Shown here one piece after another: positions 61,518-64,000 of a stretch of DNA of 64,000 nucleotides (the first letter of the stretch is position 1; every line of letters begins with the position of its first letter). Made by a program: the position numbers and the translations under genes. Origin of the DNA: Methanobacteriota archaeon (GTDB lineage: Archaea > Thermoplasmatota > Poseidoniia > Poseidoniales > Thalassarchaeaceae); contig JABIGF010000002.1 in assembly GCA_018650285.1 (NCBI GenBank), forward strand, positions 57,991-121,990, in the 5' to 3' direction. The notes beneath the pieces were generated by a model. That model ran no database searches. It worked only from the letters and a program-made list of their open reading frames with translations, and was not told where the DNA came from.

Positions 61518-62510
61518 ATGCAGACGACAATGGGGGGTGACGGGCGTACTCGTGATTTGATTGCAACCGTTAGCGCGATTTCAAATGGATTGATGAATGA
61601 AGTTTCAAAAGTCATCATCGGAAAACAAGAGAATCTACGTAAGGTTACTGTCGGTATTCTTTCAAACGGAAATATGCTTTTAGAAGATTTTCCGGGACTA
61701 GCAAAAACGCTTCTTGCAAACACCTTTGCACGTGCATTAGGCTGTAAATTCAAGCGTGTTCAATTCACTCCTGACTTGCTACCATCCGATATCATGGGAA
61801 CCTACATGTACGACCAAAAAGCGGGAGAATTCAAACTCCGCCCTGGTCCTTTGTTCTCCAATATTCTACTTGCTGACGAGATTAACCGTGCGCCACCAAA
61901 GACGCAAGCGGCTCTGCTAGAAGCAATGGAAGAGAAGCAGGTGACAATTGAGGGTATCACCCATAAGTTGCCAGCACCGTTCGTTGTGCTTGCAACACAA
62001 AACCCAATTGAGCAAGAAGGTACCTATCCACTTCCTGAAGCACAAATGGACCGTTTCTTGATGAAGATGTCAATGGGTTACCCAGACCGTTCAGAAGAGA
62101 AAGCAATTCTTGCCCGCAGAAAATTACGAGGAAAGGACGACCACGATGTTCAACAAATTACCTCACCAAAGAAAGTGGTTGCTATGCAGAAGGCTTTGGA
62201 GACAGTCCATATTGACCCGGCAATTCTTTCCTATATTGTTGAAGTTGTTCAGCGAACTCGTGAAGACCACCGAGTTATCACCGGAGCATCTCCACGTGCA
62301 AGTCAGTCACTGTTCAAGACTGGACGAGCAGCAGCAGCAATTGATGGACGTGACTATGTGATTCCTGATGACATCAAGAGTGTCGCACTGCAGATCATTA
62401 GCCACAGAATCGTGCTCAAGCCTGAAGCAAAGATTCGAGGTATTACTGGAATGCACATTACTCGCAAAATTCTCTCAGAAGTGCCTGTCCCAGTTATCCA
62501 AACTGCTTGA
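61518..62510 (+). CDS. MoxR-family AAA+ ATPase
   Basis: PGLAKT, QFTPDLLPSD, DEINRAPPKTQ, ATQNPIEQEGTYPLPEAQMDRF. Confidence 0.95.
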   Translation: MQTTMGGDGRTRDLIATVSAISNGLMNEVSKVIIGKQENLRKVTVGILSNGNMLLEDFPGLAKTLLANTFARALGCKFKRVQFTPDLLPSDIMGTYMYDQKAGEFKLRPGPLFSNILLADEINRAPPKTQAALLEAMEEKQVTIEGITHKLPAPFVVLATQNPIEQEGTYPLPEAQMDRFLMKMSMGYPDRSEEKAILARRKLRGKDDHDVQQITSPKKVVAMQKALETVHIDPAILSYIVEVVQRTREDHRVITGASPRASQSLFKTGRAAAAIDGRDYVIPDDIKSVALQIISHRIVLKPEAKIRGITGMHITRKILSEVPVPVIQTA

Positions 62511-62610
62511 AGGCGGCACCCTTGATTTATGGTCTGGTGGCGCACATTCAATCGCTTAACTGATTAAGGTTCAAAGCAGGCCCCGTATTCATAAGAGGCG
62601 GCGGCGAGAG

Positions 62611-63591
62611 ATGGACCCATACAAAATGGTCATTGCGTGTACCAACCAGAAGGGAGGTTGTGCAAAGACTACTACTGCAGTTAACCTTGCAACTGCACTC
62701 GCAGAAGGTGATTCTTCAAGAGGGATTGAACCTGCTAAGGTACTCCTAGTTGACCTCGACCCTCAAGGAAATGCCTCTACCTCATTTGGCGTTGATAAAA
62801 GCAAGTTGGGAAGAACTGTGTATGACCTATTGATGAATGATTTGGGTGAAGAACTTCCTGTCTTAGAAGAATATCTAATTGGACCAGAAATGATTACGGA
62901 TTATATGATTGAAGCTTGGAAAAATCAAAACCGCTATGAGAAAAATGAGAACAAGCGGCCCAAGAAACCACCAAAGCGATTGAAAGTTGAAAATCTTTGG
63001 TTACTACCATCAAATATTCAGTTATCTGGTGCTGAAATTGAATTAGCCACAAGAATTGGGCGTGAAACTCGCCTTAAGGAAGGGCTTGCTTCTGCAATCC
63101 ATGAATTTGACTACATCATTATTGACACGCCACCAAGCCTAGGTCTGTTGACTATCAACGCCTTAGCTGCTGCAAACTGGGTGTTAATTCCTGTTCAAAC
63201 AGAATATTATGCGCTTGAAGGCATGAGCCAGTTGATGAATTCAATCAAATTGATTCAAAGAAGAATCAACCCTCATCTCAAATTATTTGGAATCGCACTA
63301 ACAATGTATCAAAGATCAAATCTTTGTAATGTTGTTTCTTCAGAAGTTCGAAAACACTTTACAAAACAAGTATTTGGGACAATGATTCCTCGTATCATTT
63401 CAATTGCAGAAGCGCCACTTGAAGGGGCACCGGTTGTTATTCTCAAAAGACCGAATAGAACAAACAAGGGTTCGCAAGCATACTGGTCACTTGCAAAAGA
63501 GGTGTCTGACCGCGTTAAGAAATTACGTCGTAAATATGGTGTAAATGAAACAAGCCGCCTGAAGATGCACCGAATAAAAGAGTTAGAATAA
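62611..63591 (+). CDS. parA: ParA/Soj family ATPase
   Basis: NQKGGCAKTTT, DLDPQGNA, IDTPPSLG, PVQTEYYALEG, AEAP. Confidence 0.92.
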   Translation: MDPYKMVIACTNQKGGCAKTTTAVNLATALAEGDSSRGIEPAKVLLVDLDPQGNASTSFGVDKSKLGRTVYDLLMNDLGEELPVLEEYLIGPEMITDYMIEAWKNQNRYEKNENKRPKKPPKRLKVENLWLLPSNIQLSGAEIELATRIGRETRLKEGLASAIHEFDYIIIDTPPSLGLLTINALAAANWVLIPVQTEYYALEGMSQLMNSIKLIQRRINPHLKLFGIALTMYQRSNLCNVVSSEVRKHFTKQVFGTMIPRIISIAEAPLEGAPVVILKRPNRTNKGSQAYWSLAKEVSDRVKKLRRKYGVNETSRLKMHRIKELE

Positions 63592-63706
63592 TCTGACTTT
63601 TTGTACGACGGGATTACTACAATCCCCTCAAAACCTTGACTTTTCTGTATAGTAGAACCGTTATCCTTCTATAGATGTCTTGATTCAACGTGAATTAGGT
63701 AAGAAA

Positions 63707-63949
63707 ATGGGATCTCCAGATATGACATCGGTAAGCGTTAGTTTTGAAGTTAGAAGGCAATTGAATTCAATACGTGCTCTTGGAAATTACAAGAGCGTTG
63801 ATGACCTTATTCAATACCTCTTGAAAGAGCACAGACTCCACCAAATAAAGAGAGATAGCGATGATTTACAAGCATCGTTGCAATCTCTAAATGATGTTGA
63901 TGTAAACAGCCTAATTGCAAAACTTGAACTTTCACCATTCCAGGAGTGA
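63707..63949 (+). CDS. Small ribbon-helix-helix-like DNA-binding protein
   Basis: TSVSVSFEVRRQLNSI...YKSVDDLIQYLL fits the beta-helix-helix pattern. Start uncertain (63680/63707/63722). Confidence 0.6.
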   Translation: MGSPDMTSVSVSFEVRRQLNSIRALGNYKSVDDLIQYLLKEHRLHQIKRDSDDLQASLQSLNDVDVNSLIAKLELSPFQE

Positions 63950-63954
63950 TTGCT

Positions 63955-64000
63955 GTGAAAGGACAAGCCCCCTCCTACTGGATAAAAGCAGATACAATTG
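63955..64000 (+). CDS. Start of the next gene (partial, product unknown)
   Basis: GGAGTGA SD-like element overlapping the previous stop; GTG opens MKGQAPSYWIKADTI to the window end. Confidence 0.35.
   Translation, partial: MKGQAPSYWIKADTI

Overview
A gene-dense, ~42% GC archaeal chromosomal window of mostly core genes. Gene content points to Thermoplasmatota, most likely Marine Group II (Ca. Poseidoniales): the L7Ae-S28e-L24e-ndk-aIF5B block, Hjc, Bud32, deoxyhypusine synthase and geranylgeranyl reductase, mixed with bacterial-type NadA, FolC, UvrB, RimK and methylcrotonyl-CoA carboxylase. The taxonomic call is an inference. The window holds about 55 CDSs and one tRNA-Ile(GAU); I saw no CRISPR array, rRNA or mobile element. 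Notable loci are a type IV pilus/Tad-like operon, a 1.7-kaa surface protein, a leucine-catabolism cluster and menaquinone-type UbiD/UbiA genes. The most striking signals are: (1) six unrelated proteins ending in -EEE-stop, alongside a bacterial-type RimK glutamate ligase whose classical substrate (bS6) archaea lack; (2) a ~590-bp AT-rich intergenic region with inverted ORB-like repeats, a candidate cdc6-less origin, near a tandem PRC-barrel gene and a ParA+RHH pair; (3) an Mrp/NBP35 ATPase whose CxxC is replaced by an Ig-like segment; (4) membrane enzymes carrying large extra ectodomains; (5) a probable CTG start for prs; (6) degenerate TT(C/G)AA TATA boxes and CCC-N3-GGG palindromes at gene starts. 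All family calls come from motif recognition by eye; no database searches were run.
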